Shown here in pieces: positions 1-11,518 of a stretch of DNA of 64,000 nt. Position 1 is the stretch's first letter, and the number at the start of each line of letters is the position of its first letter. Location: assembly GCA_950097015.1 (NCBI GenBank), contig CATNEN010000002.1, forward strand, positions 4,278,001-4,342,000, given 5' to 3'. Under the pieces are notes generated by a model, which ran no database searches, was not told the origin of the DNA, and saw nothing but the letters and a program-made list of their open reading frames with translations. The position numbers were made by a program, and so were the translations under genes. This DNA is from Macrostomum hystrix. Taxonomy: Eukaryota; Animalia; Platyhelminthes.

Positions 1-3000
1 AGAGCCTGATTGAGCTGGTCCGTGACCAAGCTGCGCAGGGTGCCAATGTCCACACTGCCGGGTTCGCCTTTCTCGCCAGCTGGACCAGGAGAACCGGTGA
101 CACCTGTGCACAGGTCAATGCTGCAGACTCCACGCGGACCTGTTAGGCCCGGCTCGCCCTGTTTGACAGGTTGATCATTGACAGTACAAATCAATAACAA
201 TTGGTCATAGAGAGTATCTTATGAGCACTAGTCATTAAAAGCAGAGCGGTCTAACGCGTCTGCCTCTCGCACCACGGTCCCTAAGTTCGATTCCACGGCG
301 AGGCCACATTCATTTGGGGCGCAGCCGCGGAGAGAAGGCTTGTGGGCTTGTCGTGCAGTTTATGCTCTTGAGGGCCAACCTTCTCAAGGTACAGTGAGAG
401 TGTACACTGCCTGACGATGAGAAAGTCAGTGCAGATGTACACACCTGTGTGAGCGTGTGCCTGCGTACAGTATCTGTGTGCGTGTGTGCACAGGAGTCAG
501 CGAAATGGGCAGAATTGCCTCTCCACTGGCTGCGGGTCTGGTGTCACCAAATGGTGATGCATTCCCATGTTTATGCATGTTTATAGGTCAGTAAGGGTAA
601 TACCCTTACATGTAAGTCTATTTAAATCTACAGATCTTATGATTTATTTCAAAATCAATTGCTCACCTTAACTCCAGCGGGTCCTTGCGGCCCCTGAGAA
701 ATAAAAGTACAAAAAGTTTAAAAAAAACTGCATGAGATTTTAACTGCTTTTTTATCCTTTAATTATGAGAAAATCTGGTTTATTTTGCAACTTACAATGT
801 CACCTTTTGGCCCGGGTGCTCCAGGTGCTTGAGTCGCCCTGGTGTTGACGCAGTCGGACAGATTGGGGCAGCTGCCAGGCGGACCCTGCGGACCCCTGTC
901 TCCCTGGAAATTTGATGTCATTGGAAACACTTTTAGAAACAGCAGTAGAAAAACTGCCGGGCAAGTTGTCTCATCAGATAGAGCGGAAAATTGTAGCCAC
1001 TGTTCTGAATTTTCATCGCGATTAATTGAATATTTAGAAAAATACTCAAAAATAAAAATGTGGGTTCTTGACATACCCTTGAGGTCTGTCTTACTGCGTT
1101 AACGCATTACAAATTGCGTTACTTTTTTAAACTGCTGGATGGGGTACAAGTCCATGAAAATGGGCTGCTACTTAAATTCTGATACCCCATTTCGTATTGT
1201 GACGAATTGTGACCCCATTGGGAAAAAACACTGCTTATAACACGACGATAAAACTTGTTCTACGAGCGTACTACCTCAATGTTGGCTTCCTCTAGTAGCA
1301 AATTTACCTTTTCTCCCTTGATCAAAATCGGCTGTCCGGCTGCCCTTGACGGAGGCGAAAGAGATCTGCCACTCGACGATGTGGCGCTTGTTGGCGGTGA
1401 ATCGGTGGTTGTCAACTTTGAGGACACCTGTAAAATGAAGCGCGTGTTACACCTGGATGCTGAATTCCTATTTCGAAGGCAAACACACAGTGTAACCTCG
1501 CAAGGTCGTGTCGCGATAAGATATCAATTATCTTGCTTTAAAAGAATGAAAAAAGCGAACAGTTGGTTCTGGCGTATCAGTTTGTGAACCAGATGAAAAG
1601 CATCAGTGAATATACGTCAGCAGATATTTTATTCCCCTTGAGGGGATATGAAGCAGTCTGGGGGATATGATTGACGTAAAACAAACGTTGAATAAACCCA
1701 ATGCTTGGACTGATTGATCCAGGGTTCTAATAGATTTTGCTGATAATATGAGATATGGTTCGAATATCTGCATAGAAGAAACGCATGCGAAGAATTTTCA
1801 TTCGGGCTGGAGAGTAAAAGTAATTGATTGCTTGATATTAAAGCTATTTAAGGATGGAATATTTGATGGAGAAGCGATGATGGAGATGGTAGAGAAGGAG
1901 AAAGAGAGGGAGAGAGGGAGAGAGGACACTGCCCATTGGATTTCAAAAATCTAATGTTGGAATCGATTCCGATATGTTTCGAAAAAATTGAAATCCTGAT
2001 TCGAACCAAGGCAACTCCAGACGCGTTTCGCTCTTATTGGAGCTTATCAGAGGAAAGAGAGAGGGAGAGAGAAGGAAAGAGAGAGGGAGAGAGAAGGAAA
2101 GAGAGAGGGAGAGAGAAGGAAAGAGAGAGGGAGAGAGAAGGAAAGAGAGAGGGAGAGAGAAGGAAAGAGAGAGGGAGAGAGAAGGAAAGAGAGAGGGAGA
2201 GAGAAGGAAAGAGAGAGGGAGAGAGAAGGAAAGAGAGAGGGAGAGAGAAGGAAAGAGAGAGGGAGAGAGAAGGAAAGAGAGAGGGAGAGAGGAGGAAAGA
2301 GAGAGGGAGAGAGAAGGAAAGAGAGAGGGAGAGAGAAGGAAAGAGAGAGGGAGAGAGAAGGAAAGAGAGAGGGAGAGAGGAGGAAAGAGAGAGGGAGAGA
2401 GAAGGAAAGAGAGAGGGAGAGAGAAGGAAAGAGAGAGGGAGAGAGAAGGAAAGAGAGAGAGGGAGAGAGAAGGAAAGAGTGAGGGAGAGAGAAGGAAAGA
2501 GCGAGGGAGAGAGAAGGAAAGAGAGAGAGGGAGAGAGAAGGAAAGAGAGAGGGAGAGAGAAGGAAAGAGAGAGGGAGAGAGAAGGAAAGAGAGAAGGAGA
2601 GAGAAGGAAAGAGAGAGGGAGAGAGAAGGAAAGAGAGAGGGAGAGAGAAGGAAAGAGAGAGAGGGAGAGAGAAGGAAAGAGAGAGGGAGAGAGAAGGAAA
2701 GAGAGAGAGGGAGAGAGAAGGAAAGAGAGAGGGAGAGAGAAGGAAAGAGAGAGGGAGAGAGAAGGAAAGAGAGAGAGGGAGAGAGAAGGAAAGAGAGAGG
2801 GAGAGAGAAGGAAAGAGAGAGAGGGAGAGAGAAGGAAAGAGAGAGGGAGAGAGAAGGAAAGAGTGGGTTGTCCTTTACTTTATAATCTTTCGTGATTTCT
2901 GATTATATTTTTCCTTTCACTCAATTTCCTCATCGTAATGCAACTTAATAAAAAAATTGCCCTTGCATATGAGGCACGTCTGAAAAATAAATTGGTAGTT

Positions 3001-6000
3001 TAGAAGCTTGGGTCATATCTAGTTGAATTGTGATTCTTGTTCCTTTCAAGCTCAAATTAAGAATGTCTACAAGCGAGTTAACGCACAGAGGCTGGCGCGT
3101 TTGTTCTTTTCGTTGGCGACGGAGTAGAATGAGTTTTTGTTGGCGACTGAGTTTCGAAATTGCTCTCATCAGCTGCCCTTTGATCCGAGGCCGAGTCTGT
3201 TGTAAATGATAAGGAGCAAAGCTGTTGTTAAAGTTGAAGTGCAGACGAACTTTAAAAAATAAGTAATACGAACGCTTTCGCAGGAGGGCTGTGGGCAGTG
3301 GCACAGCACTCAGTAACACCAGACCCGGAGACAGTAAGGAGGCAATTCTGCCGATTTCTTTGACTCGTGAACACACTCGCACACAGATACCGTACACAGG
3401 CACAGGTGTGTACATCTACTTTCTAATAGTCAGGCAGTGTGCACTTTCACTATGACTTGGAGGTTGGCCCTCAATTGCGTAAATTGCGCGAAAAGCCCCC
3501 AAGCCTCCTGTCCGCGGCTGCGCCCCAAATGAATGTGTCCTAGCCGCGGAATCGAGCTAACGGACATTGGTGCGAGAGGCAGACCCGTTAGACCGATCTG
3601 CGACTCACCCCCCGACAAGTAGGTAGACAGTCAGGCAAATTACATACAATTAGTCACACAGGAAACATAGAGTTGAAGGTTTCAATCAGAACAATTCTCA
3701 CCTTTATCTTCAAATTTGCTCAGATTATCCTCCATATCAACATGCCGATCATTATCGGCTCCCTCCTGAAGCTTCGGCTTCTCGCTCATCGGCCCGTCCA
3801 GATTAACCGCTTCGTCAAGCCATTTGGCGGGTTGCGAATTTCGAGACGATCTTCGACTGCTAGCCGGACTGGCAGTGGTCATGTTCAGCAGCAGCTGGGT
3901 CAGCATCAGGGCGCTGTTGAAGGTGCAGACTGTCTGGCTGCCAACAAGCCGACAGTTCTGAACTGGCGGCAGCTGACTTGCTGGAGGTTGTTGCATCAGC
4001 ATGACTTGCCGATTCGATGGAAACTATTCTAGCTCTTCGATGATTCTAAATCTGAGCTCGCTGGTGCCAAGCGGGGTTTCTGTCCGATTTTATACTGACG
4101 TCGACGGGTGGTAAAACTGGTAACAGAAAGTTCTCGCTTCACATTGGAGGACACAGAGACAGAGAAATGAGGCTGGTCTATTAACTTTCTTTCTACCACC
4201 CACTCGCAGTCGATCTAGTGTATCTGGATTATAAATATAATGAAGGTATTTTTTGTAGAGCTAGCATCACTAAAAGTCTTGTTCGCAGCTTTGCTGTTGG
4301 CTGTTCTGATCCAGTCGATAAAAACTCACTCTTCACTCTTTCTCTTTCTGTGTGTTGCAGAAATTTCGAAACTTTGTTGTTTAGCTTCTCTCATTTCAAT
4401 TCTACGAGATTCTCAATTCTCGTATATTTTTCATCTCAGATTTTTTGCCACTCATAAAACATTGGTGACCTCATTTTAAGACATTAATTTTTAACCTACT
4501 TTTTTCAACTGTACTCTCCACTAACACTCTTTCTCTGCCACTGTTCTCACTTCTCCCATGTTCTCTATCTTCCACTCCTGCTCTCTCCCTTCCCTTTTTC
4601 TCTTATTAACTCTCTCTCTCTCACTTTTATGTCCCCCTTCACTCTTTCTCACTGTCCCTTCACTCTTTCTCACTGTCCCTTCACTCTTTCTCACTGTCCC
4701 TTCACTCTTTCTCACTGTCCCTTCACTCTTTCCACTGTCCCTTCACTCTTTCTCACTGTCCCTTCACTCTTTCTCACTGTCCCTTCACTCTTTCTCACTG
4801 TCCCTTCACTCTTTCTCACTGTCCCTTCACTCTTTCTCACTATACCTTCACTCTTTCTCACTATACCTTCACTCTTTCTCACTATACCTTCACTCTTTCT
4901 CACTGTCCCTTCACTCTTTCTCACTGTCCCTGCACTCTTTCTCACTATACCTTCACTCTTTCTCACTGTCCCTTCACTCTTTCTCACTGTCCCTTCACTC
5001 TTTCTCACTGTCCCTTCACTCTTTCTCACTGTCCCTTCACTCTTTCTCACTGTCCCTTCACTCTTTCTCACTGTCCCTTCACTCTTTCTCACTGTCCCTT
5101 CACTCTTTCTCAGTGTCACTTCACTCTTCCTTTCTCCCCTTCATTCTTTCTCTCCCACCTTAACTATTTTTCTCTTCCCTTCCGTCTTTCCCACCCGTTT
5201 CCCCATCACTGCACAGTTTATTGTTTGCTTCTGAATTACGTAGAAGAATTACGTAGACACAGGTCACCGAAGGACGTACATCAACATCAAGAACTGTCAG
5301 TTAGGATGCAGATGAACAGATTGGCTCTGCACTAAATAAGCGAATATCAAATCTAATTAGGTGAGATTTTATCTGTCAGGAAAAGTATTTTAAGCGGAAG
5401 ACATGAGATAGAGAGTGTTTTCGAGAAGAGCAACACAACACAGCTGTGTTAAGTTCAGATGAAACTCTATACACTCTACCAGCTAGTTTGATCCTGAGAC
5501 ACCATAATTGGAGAATGAATCAAATTTAACTAGAAAGCCGAAACCCAGTTTGCTAATGAAGTGACCAAAGCCATAAGATTCTAGGAAAGGGCACTGAGCT
5601 GAAGGCGTTGTAAACAGGTTTTGTTTCAGGTTCAAACTCGCTGTCTCTGAACAGGTTCTTCCTGTCCGAGCATCGGCTAAATCAACGGTGACCAAATCGC
5701 GTTGAAAACCGATCTAATGCAACTTGTTTTCTCACGTAAAAAATAATTACAAAGAAATTAATTAGTGCTAGAACCTTCGAATAAAACAATATTGACTTGA
5801 AGGTAAACGAAAAATTATTAAATTGTTAGAGGAGAAAATTTAACTTACTGTTGTTGAGAGTTGCAGAGCTGCAACTGTTGTTGGTCTTGCTGATGTTGCA
5901 GCTTCTGCAGTTGTTGCTGAGGTTTTGGTGGTAGTTCGAGTTGTTGTGGCAGTAGGGGCTGTTGTTGTGGTAGTTGGGGCTGTTGTTGTTGTGGTTGGGG

Positions 6001-9000
6001 TTGTTGTTGCGGTTAGGGTTGTTGTGGTAGTTAGGGTTTTTGTTGTTGGGGCTTTTATGGTAGTTATGCCTGGGGTTGTAGCTAAGATTGTTGTTGTTGG
6101 GGTTGTTTTTGTGGTTGTTGTTGTTGTTGTTGGGGTTGTTTTTGTGGTTGTTGTTGTTGTTGTTGTTGGGGTTGTTGTTGTTGTTGGGGTTGTTGTTGTG
6201 GTTGGGGTTGTTGTAGTTGTTGTTGTTGGGGTTTTTGTTGCGGTTAGGGTTGTCATGGTAGTTGTGGTAGTTGTGGTTGTTGTGTTTGTTATGGTAGTTG
6301 GGGTTGTTGTTGTTGTTGTTGGGGTTGTTGTTGTTGTTGTTGTTGGGGTTGTTGTAGAGGGGGTTGTTGTTGGGGTTGTTGTTGTTGTTGGGGTTGTTGT
6401 TGTAGAGGGGGTCGTTGTTGTAGAGGGGGTTGTTGTGGTAGTTGAGGTTGTTGTTGTTGGGGTTGTCGTGGTAGTCGCGGTTGTCGTGGTGGGCGCAGTG
6501 CTGAGAATGACGTTGAAGTCAGGCAGAGGTAGCGGCAGGTCCACGCTCGAGCTGCCGGGTCCGCTGGGTTTGTCCGGAAGCGGAGGCCAGTAGGTGCCAG
6601 TGATTTCACTGCCACCAGGACCTGGAATTGGCGGCGCATTGTCGCCAGAGCCGCTCTTCGGCAGCAGTAGGGCTTGACCTGTTCGTCGGGTCTCGCGTGG
6701 CTGCGCGAGAAAAAAAAGCGGAACACGCGTTTCGTGCGTGGATTCTATTTTTAGCAACAAACGACCTTGAACCACGCGTCATGTGCATGACTAAAGCTTG
6801 TCTAGCGCTTTGAAATCAGAGAATGCAAAAATCATCCTCCTGATCACATTTCGAGTTTCGTAGGTTTTACTGCAAGTAGGTAGCAATGCTTGCCAAAAAT
6901 ATATTTAACAATAAAAATCCTAATGTTCTCTGAGAAACTACCAACCTGTCAAGCCTTTATTTGTCTTACCAATCGAGCGCGACACTTTTTGGCCCGTCGA
7001 CTGTAGAGAGTTTTAGCCGGGCTGATCAGAGCCAGTCTGTAGATGTCACCCTGACGAATGTTGATTTAGTAAGCGTAATGTACTTTTATTGTAATACTTT
7101 ATTGTCGCATTTAATTCTTTACTCCGTCCCTCTTTAGTCTTTGTTTTGTGCCTTTTTATTAGTTGTTCCGGCTTTCTTAAGTATTTGTTCTGTCACTCCA
7201 TAATCTTTGTTCAGTCACTCTTTAGTCTTTGTTCTTTCACACGTTAGTCGCTGCTCTGTCACTCTAGACTTTTTTGCGACCCTTTAGTCTTTGTTCTGTC
7301 ACACCATACCCATACGGCTTGCATCTCGCTCACCTGGAAAAAGTCGCCGACTCCATCCGACAGCAGGTGAAGAGACGATCCGGAAACAATGTCAAATCCC
7401 TCGCTGGATGACAAGCTTTTGGAGCGACCAATTGTCCCGCCATCCGCCCAGCCGGCTTCATCTTCGTCTTGGGCGTCGTCTATGGAGTCGACGACAACTT
7501 GGGAATTTCGTCGACCGAGCTGACGCGGCCCGAGCTGGTGCTCGTACTCCGGGTTCCCCGACCAGTAACGCTGACTGCGAAATCACGGTGAGTGACGTGA
7601 TTGCGGTATCCTCATGAGTCCAATCCTAATTGGCACCGAATCAAATTAAATTCAATCCCAATCACACCCAAATCCCATCACACCCAAATCCCATCACACC
7701 CAAATCCCATCACACCCAAATCCCCATCAATCTAGAATCCCCATCACACCCAAATCCCCATCAATCTAAAATCCTCATCACACCCAGATCCCCATCACAC
7801 CCAAATCCTCATCACACCCAAATCCCCATCACACCCAAATCCCCATCACACCCAAATCCTTATCACATCCAAATCCGTATCACACCCAAATCCCTATCAG
7901 ATCCAAATCCCTATCACACACAAATCCCATCAATCTAAAATCCCCATCACACCCAAATCCCCATCAATCTAAAATCCTCATCACACCCAGATCCCCATCA
8001 CACCCAAATCCTTATCACATCCAAATCCGTATCACACCCAAATCCCTATCAGATCCAAATCCCTATCACACACAAATCCCATCAATCTAAAATCCCCATC
8101 ACACCCAAATCCCCATCAATCTAAAATCCTCATCACACCCAGATCCCCATCACACCCAAATCCTCATCACACCCAAATCCCCATCACACCCAAATCCCCA
8201 TCACACCCAAATCCTTATCACATCCAAATCCGTATCACACCCAAATCCCTATCAGATCCAAATCCCTATCACACAGAAATCCCAATCACACAGAAATCCC
8301 TATCACACACAAATCCCATCAATCTAAAATCCTTATCGCACCGAATCCCGCTCCCACAAAAGATGCTAGCAGGGCACGAACCCAGGACACCAGAACTCAA
8401 ATCTGGCAGTATTCTGGCTCAAATGCAGATAGAATAGAATCCAGCTCTCGCCCAGAGTGAAGCTGCGAACTTCCCGAAACTCGGCGCTCGGTTGCTGACC
8501 TCCGCCCGCAACGCTGGGGCCGTCCAGCTTGCCTTCGTGGAGCTTCTTGGCCAGCAGGGTGACATTGTCTGACGACTCTCGCCAGAGCCGGAAGGTCAGC
8601 ACCGTCTGCTGGGCGCCGTCCTCCGTGTAAGGTTGGTGGGAGCCGAACGGTGTCAGGGTGAAGGCCAGGCCAAACTGAATCACCTGCCCACTGGGGTCTC
8701 GGATGGCCAGCAATGTCCCGTTCGGCTTGCTCGGCCTGATGATGACGGCCAGAAGGAGATCGTCTGGTAGGGAGAGTCTCGGCGCCATCGGCAGCGTTGC
8801 CGGCGACGGTGGCAGCGACGGCGGGCGGGCGATCTCTGCCAGGGGAGCCGTGATTGGGCTGTTGGCGGAGACTCGCCAAACCACCGAGTTGTCGAAGGCC
8901 CCGGAGTCGCTCTCCAGCATGTAGTGGCGCAGCTGAGTCTGCGAGCTGTTCAGCTCAACCAGGCTGTCTTGCGGACTCAGGTAGCGGGTGAGATCGCGAA

Positions 9001-9891
9001 GGTACGACACTGGGGGACAGGGAGAGAAGCGGTGGAGCTGCTTGAAGTCTGGGCTCCATTCACGATCGGGAAGAATTTAGGAGGGATGTGTATTTTTTTA
9101 AAGGGGATCTGGTGTGATGAGGATCTGGTGTGATGGGGATTTAGTGTGATGAGGATCTGGTGTGATGAGGATCTGGTGTGATGAGGATCTGGTGTGATGA
9201 AAAATTGGTGTGATGGGGATTTGGTGTGATGAGGATCTGGTGTGACGGGGATTTGGCGTGATGGGGATCTGGCGTGATGGGGATTTGGTGTGATGGGGAT
9301 CTGGTGTGATGGGGATCTGTTGTGATGGGAATCTGGTGTGATGAGGATCTGGTGTGATGAGGATCTGGTGTAATGAGGATCTGGTGTGACGGGGATTTGG
9401 TGTGATGAGAATCTGGTGTGATGGGGATCTGGTGTGATGGGTTCGTGCCCTGCTAGCATCTTTCGTGGGAGAGGGATTCGGTGCGATAAGGATTTTAGAT
9501 TGATGGGATTTGTGCGTGATGAGGATCTGGCATGATGGGGATTTGGTGTGATGGGGATCTGGTGTGATGAGGATCTGGTGTGATGAGGATCTGGTGTGAT
9601 GAGGATCTGGTGTGATTGGGATCTGTTGTGATTGGGATTTGTTGTAATGGGGAGTTGGTTTTGATGGGGATTTGGCGGGATGAGAAATTTTATTTTAGTT
9701 GTTGAAGGTATATTGACTTAGTTTTTGGGGCTAATTGGTTTAGTCGATGTACCTGCTTCCTCAGATGGATATTGTGCTGTAGTTCCTTGAAGAAGCTGTG
9801 CCATTGTCACTAAAATCAGTGACAGCAGCAGCATCGGCGGCGGCAGTTTTTTTGGCTTCATTGACCGATCGAAAGTACTCGACGACGGCAT
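1..9891 (-). CDS. TSPN-domain collagen, multiplexin (collagen XV/XVIII)-like; 5' part, continues beyond window start
   Basis: Phase-consistent GT-AG exons: 9753-9891 (signal peptide MPSSSTFDRSMKPKKLPPPMLLLSLILVTMAQLLQG), 8382-9009, 7334-7574 and 6970-7050 (TSPN/LamG-like LPDDLLLAVIIRPSKPNGTLLAIRDPSGQVIQFGL...GDFFQGDIYRLAL), 5849-6700 (Thr-rich), 3702-4023 (acceptor uncertain), 3087-3196, 1308-1427, 796-903, 667-693, 1-158. The Gly-X-Y register is kept across junctions (IKGEK|GDRGPQGPPG, GPKGDI|GPQGPAGVK|GEPGLTGPRG). The endostatin domain is not in the window, so the family call is provisional. Confidence 0.8.
241..560 (+). mobile_element. tRNA-derived SINE copy
   Basis: A-box-like GAGCGGTCTAACG, B-box GTTCGATTCC (285-294), then a conserved body CACATTCATTTGGGGCGCAGCCGCGG...CAGTGAGAGTGTACACTGCCTGACGATGAGAAAG...GGTCTGGTGTCACCAAAT shared with several other loci. 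Confidence 0.8.
2016..2050 (-). ncRNA. Degenerate minimal hammerhead ribozyme (Penelope-type)
   Basis: Minus strand CTGATAA-GCTC-caataa-GAGC-GAAACGCGTC-TGGA: perfect stem II, palindromic ACGCGT stem III, GUC site; G8 changed to A. Confidence 0.55.
2051..2863. repeat. Polypurine minisatellite, about 20-bp unit GAGAGAAGGAAAGAGAGAGG
   Basis: Direct tandem array in a collagen intron. Confidence 0.95.
3280..3613 (-). mobile_element. tRNA-derived SINE copy
   Basis: Diverged reverse-complement copy of the same element, head GGGGGTGAGTCGCAGATCGGTCTAACG. Confidence 0.75.
4630..5125. repeat. 21-bp minisatellite CCCTTCACTCTTTCTCACTGT
   Basis: Direct tandem array. Confidence 0.95.
7655..8340. repeat. 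About 16-17-bp minisatellite CATCACACCCAAATCCC
   Basis: Tandem array with higher-order blocks; reverse complement of 9105-9670. Confidence 0.9.
9105..9670. repeat. 16-bp minisatellite GGTGTGATGAGGATCT
   Basis: Inverted relative of 7655-8340. Confidence 0.9.
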
Positions 9892-10199
9892 TTTTCTGGA
9901 AATTCAAAGCAATAAAGAATTGCGAAACGAAAAGCTATTTCCAAATTGGTACTGTAGGATTCCATGCATCGTTTTGCAATAGTTAAGTGAGCATGTCCCA
10001 ATGGTACAAGTGCTGGGGCACTGACGAAGGTACCAAGGCTATAATTTATTACACCTGGCTATTGTAGCTAAAGTTGCTCTACGAGTTTTAGCCATAAAAG
10101 AATAGGCTTCTATTTTATATTTCATTGTAGAATGGGATGCATTCGAATAGAAATTAAAAATAATACAAACCATAGAGTTTTAAAAAACGGAAGGATCAA

Positions 10200-10555
10200 G
10201 GGTGAGTGCCAGAGCGGTCTAACGCATTTGATTTTTCTCGCACCAAGGTTCCTGAGTTCGATTCCGCAACGAGGCCACATTCATTTGGGGCGCAGCCGCG
10301 GAGAGAAGTCTAGATGCTTACGGCCTTGAAGTCCGAGTACAACCTCAAAGGCACAGTGAGAGTGTACACTGCCTGACGATGAGAAAGTCAGGGCAGATGT
10401 ACACACCTGTGCGAGTGTGTGCCTGTGTACAGTATCTGTGTACGTGTGTGCTCAGGAGTCAGCGAAATGTGCAGAATTGCCTCCTCGCTGGCTGCGGGTC
10501 TAGTGTCACAACATGATGTGCCACTGCCCGCAGCCCTGCTGCAATTATTAATATT
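10200..10555 (+). mobile_element. tRNA-derived SINE copy, near full length
   Basis: Head GGTGAGTGCCAGAGCGGTCTAACG, B-box GAGTTCGATTCC, body, tail GCCACTGCCCGCAGCCCTGCTGCAATTATTA. Confidence 0.8.
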
Positions 10556-10726
10556 ATTTTTAGCCGAAAAAGATCAAAGTAGCGCGGCGCTGCTTTCAAG
10601 TAACAGTCAAGGACTAATGGAACTACTGGTCCTTGGTAACAGTGTAATGTATGGGTCTGTTCTCAATTTCATACTTATCTCAGTAAGTGCAGCATGAAGC
10701 CTAATTCTAAAATGTCTAAATGCAGT

Positions 10727-10728
<2 letters not shown>

Positions 10729-10761
<33 letters not shown>
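10729..10761. repeat. (CAG)11 microsatellite
   Basis: Direct read. Confidence 0.95.
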
Positions 10762-10762
<1 letters not shown>

Positions 10763-11177
10763 TATTTCTCACGACTTGTCTAAACGCCCTTCTCTTTCAG
10801 AGAAAAAAAATTAGTGCCTTGATACAATTAGCAATCTTCTTAGGCCGTACTGCTTAGATTTGTAAATAAAAACTGCTAAAATTGAGAAACTGTTGCGAAA
10901 TACGAAATAGGTTTCTGTAGTAGCTCGTATTTTCTCGTATTTTTAATGACCGATTTATCAACAAAAATGCCGAACCCTAAAATGGAATGGAGTTGCGTTG
11001 GCTTCATTTTAATTGAAAAAATCAGAAAGTTCTAAAAATTGAATTTTATGAACCGTATTTTTATGAGCCTAGGTTTTACTGAATTTATTAACATGGTCAA
11101 GTTAAACTGTACATCAATAAAAACTGGGTCATGGTCGAGGAATTTAAGGGTCAGCGGCTTAAATTAAGGATAAAGGG

Positions 11178-11451
11178 TCATCAATGAAGGCAGCGGGTCA
11201 TCAGTGAAGGCAGCGGGTCATCAGTGAAGGCAGTGGGTCATCAGTGAAGGCAGTGGGTCATCAGTGAAGGCAGTGGGTCATCAGTGAAGGCAGTGGGTCA
11301 TCAGTGAAGGCAGTGGGTCATCAGTGAAGGCAGCGGGTCATCAGTGAAGGCAGTGGGTCATCAGTGAAGGCAGTGGGTCATCAGTGAAGGCAGTGGGTCA
11401 TCAGTGAAGGCAGTGGGTCATCAGTGAAGGCAGTGGGTCATCAGTGAAGGC
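11178..11451. repeat. 20-bp minisatellite GGGTCATCAGTGAAGGCAGT
   Basis: About 13 near-perfect units ending next to a minus-strand GTAAGT donor. Confidence 0.95.
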
Positions 11452-11457
11452 ACTTAC

Positions 11458-11518
11458 CCTAAGCTATTCCGTCAGCAGGTATTCTCTGGCATGTGGCAGA
11501 GCTGCTGTGCAAAACTCT
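11458..11518 (-). other. Candidate non-coding 5' exon of the collagen gene
   Basis: Acceptor TTATTGCTTTAG and donor GTAAGT followed directly by a satellite. The first coding exon has its own acceptor (TTTCCAG at 9896-9902). Three CCAAT-like boxes at about 11655-11720. Confidence 0.35.

Noticed and set aside
241-300. tRNA-like sequence
   Set aside because: Has A/B boxes but no foldable cloverleaf, and continues into the SINE body.
1936-2895. 319- and 282-aa E/R/K/G-rich ORFs
   Set aside because: Translations of the polypurine satellite, antisense within a collagen intron.
3145-3172. Perfect hammerhead core CUGAUGA-GAGcaauUUC-GAAAC-uca-GUC on the minus strand
   Set aside because: Stem I cannot form without a bulge at the core, stem II is weak, and it lies in a coding exon. 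Probably chance, though cheap to test in vitro.
4240-4479. Signal-peptide-like plus-strand ORF (MKVFFVELASLKVLFAALLLAV)
   Set aside because: Short, antisense within an intron, with no downstream exon chain.
5925-6593. 222-aa poly-Val ORF
   Set aside because: Antisense shadow of the Thr-rich coding exon.
11178-11451. CTGATGA in every unit of the 20-bp satellite (minus strand)
   Set aside because: No stem II-GAAA or C-box partner, so it is neither a hammerhead nor a snoRNA.
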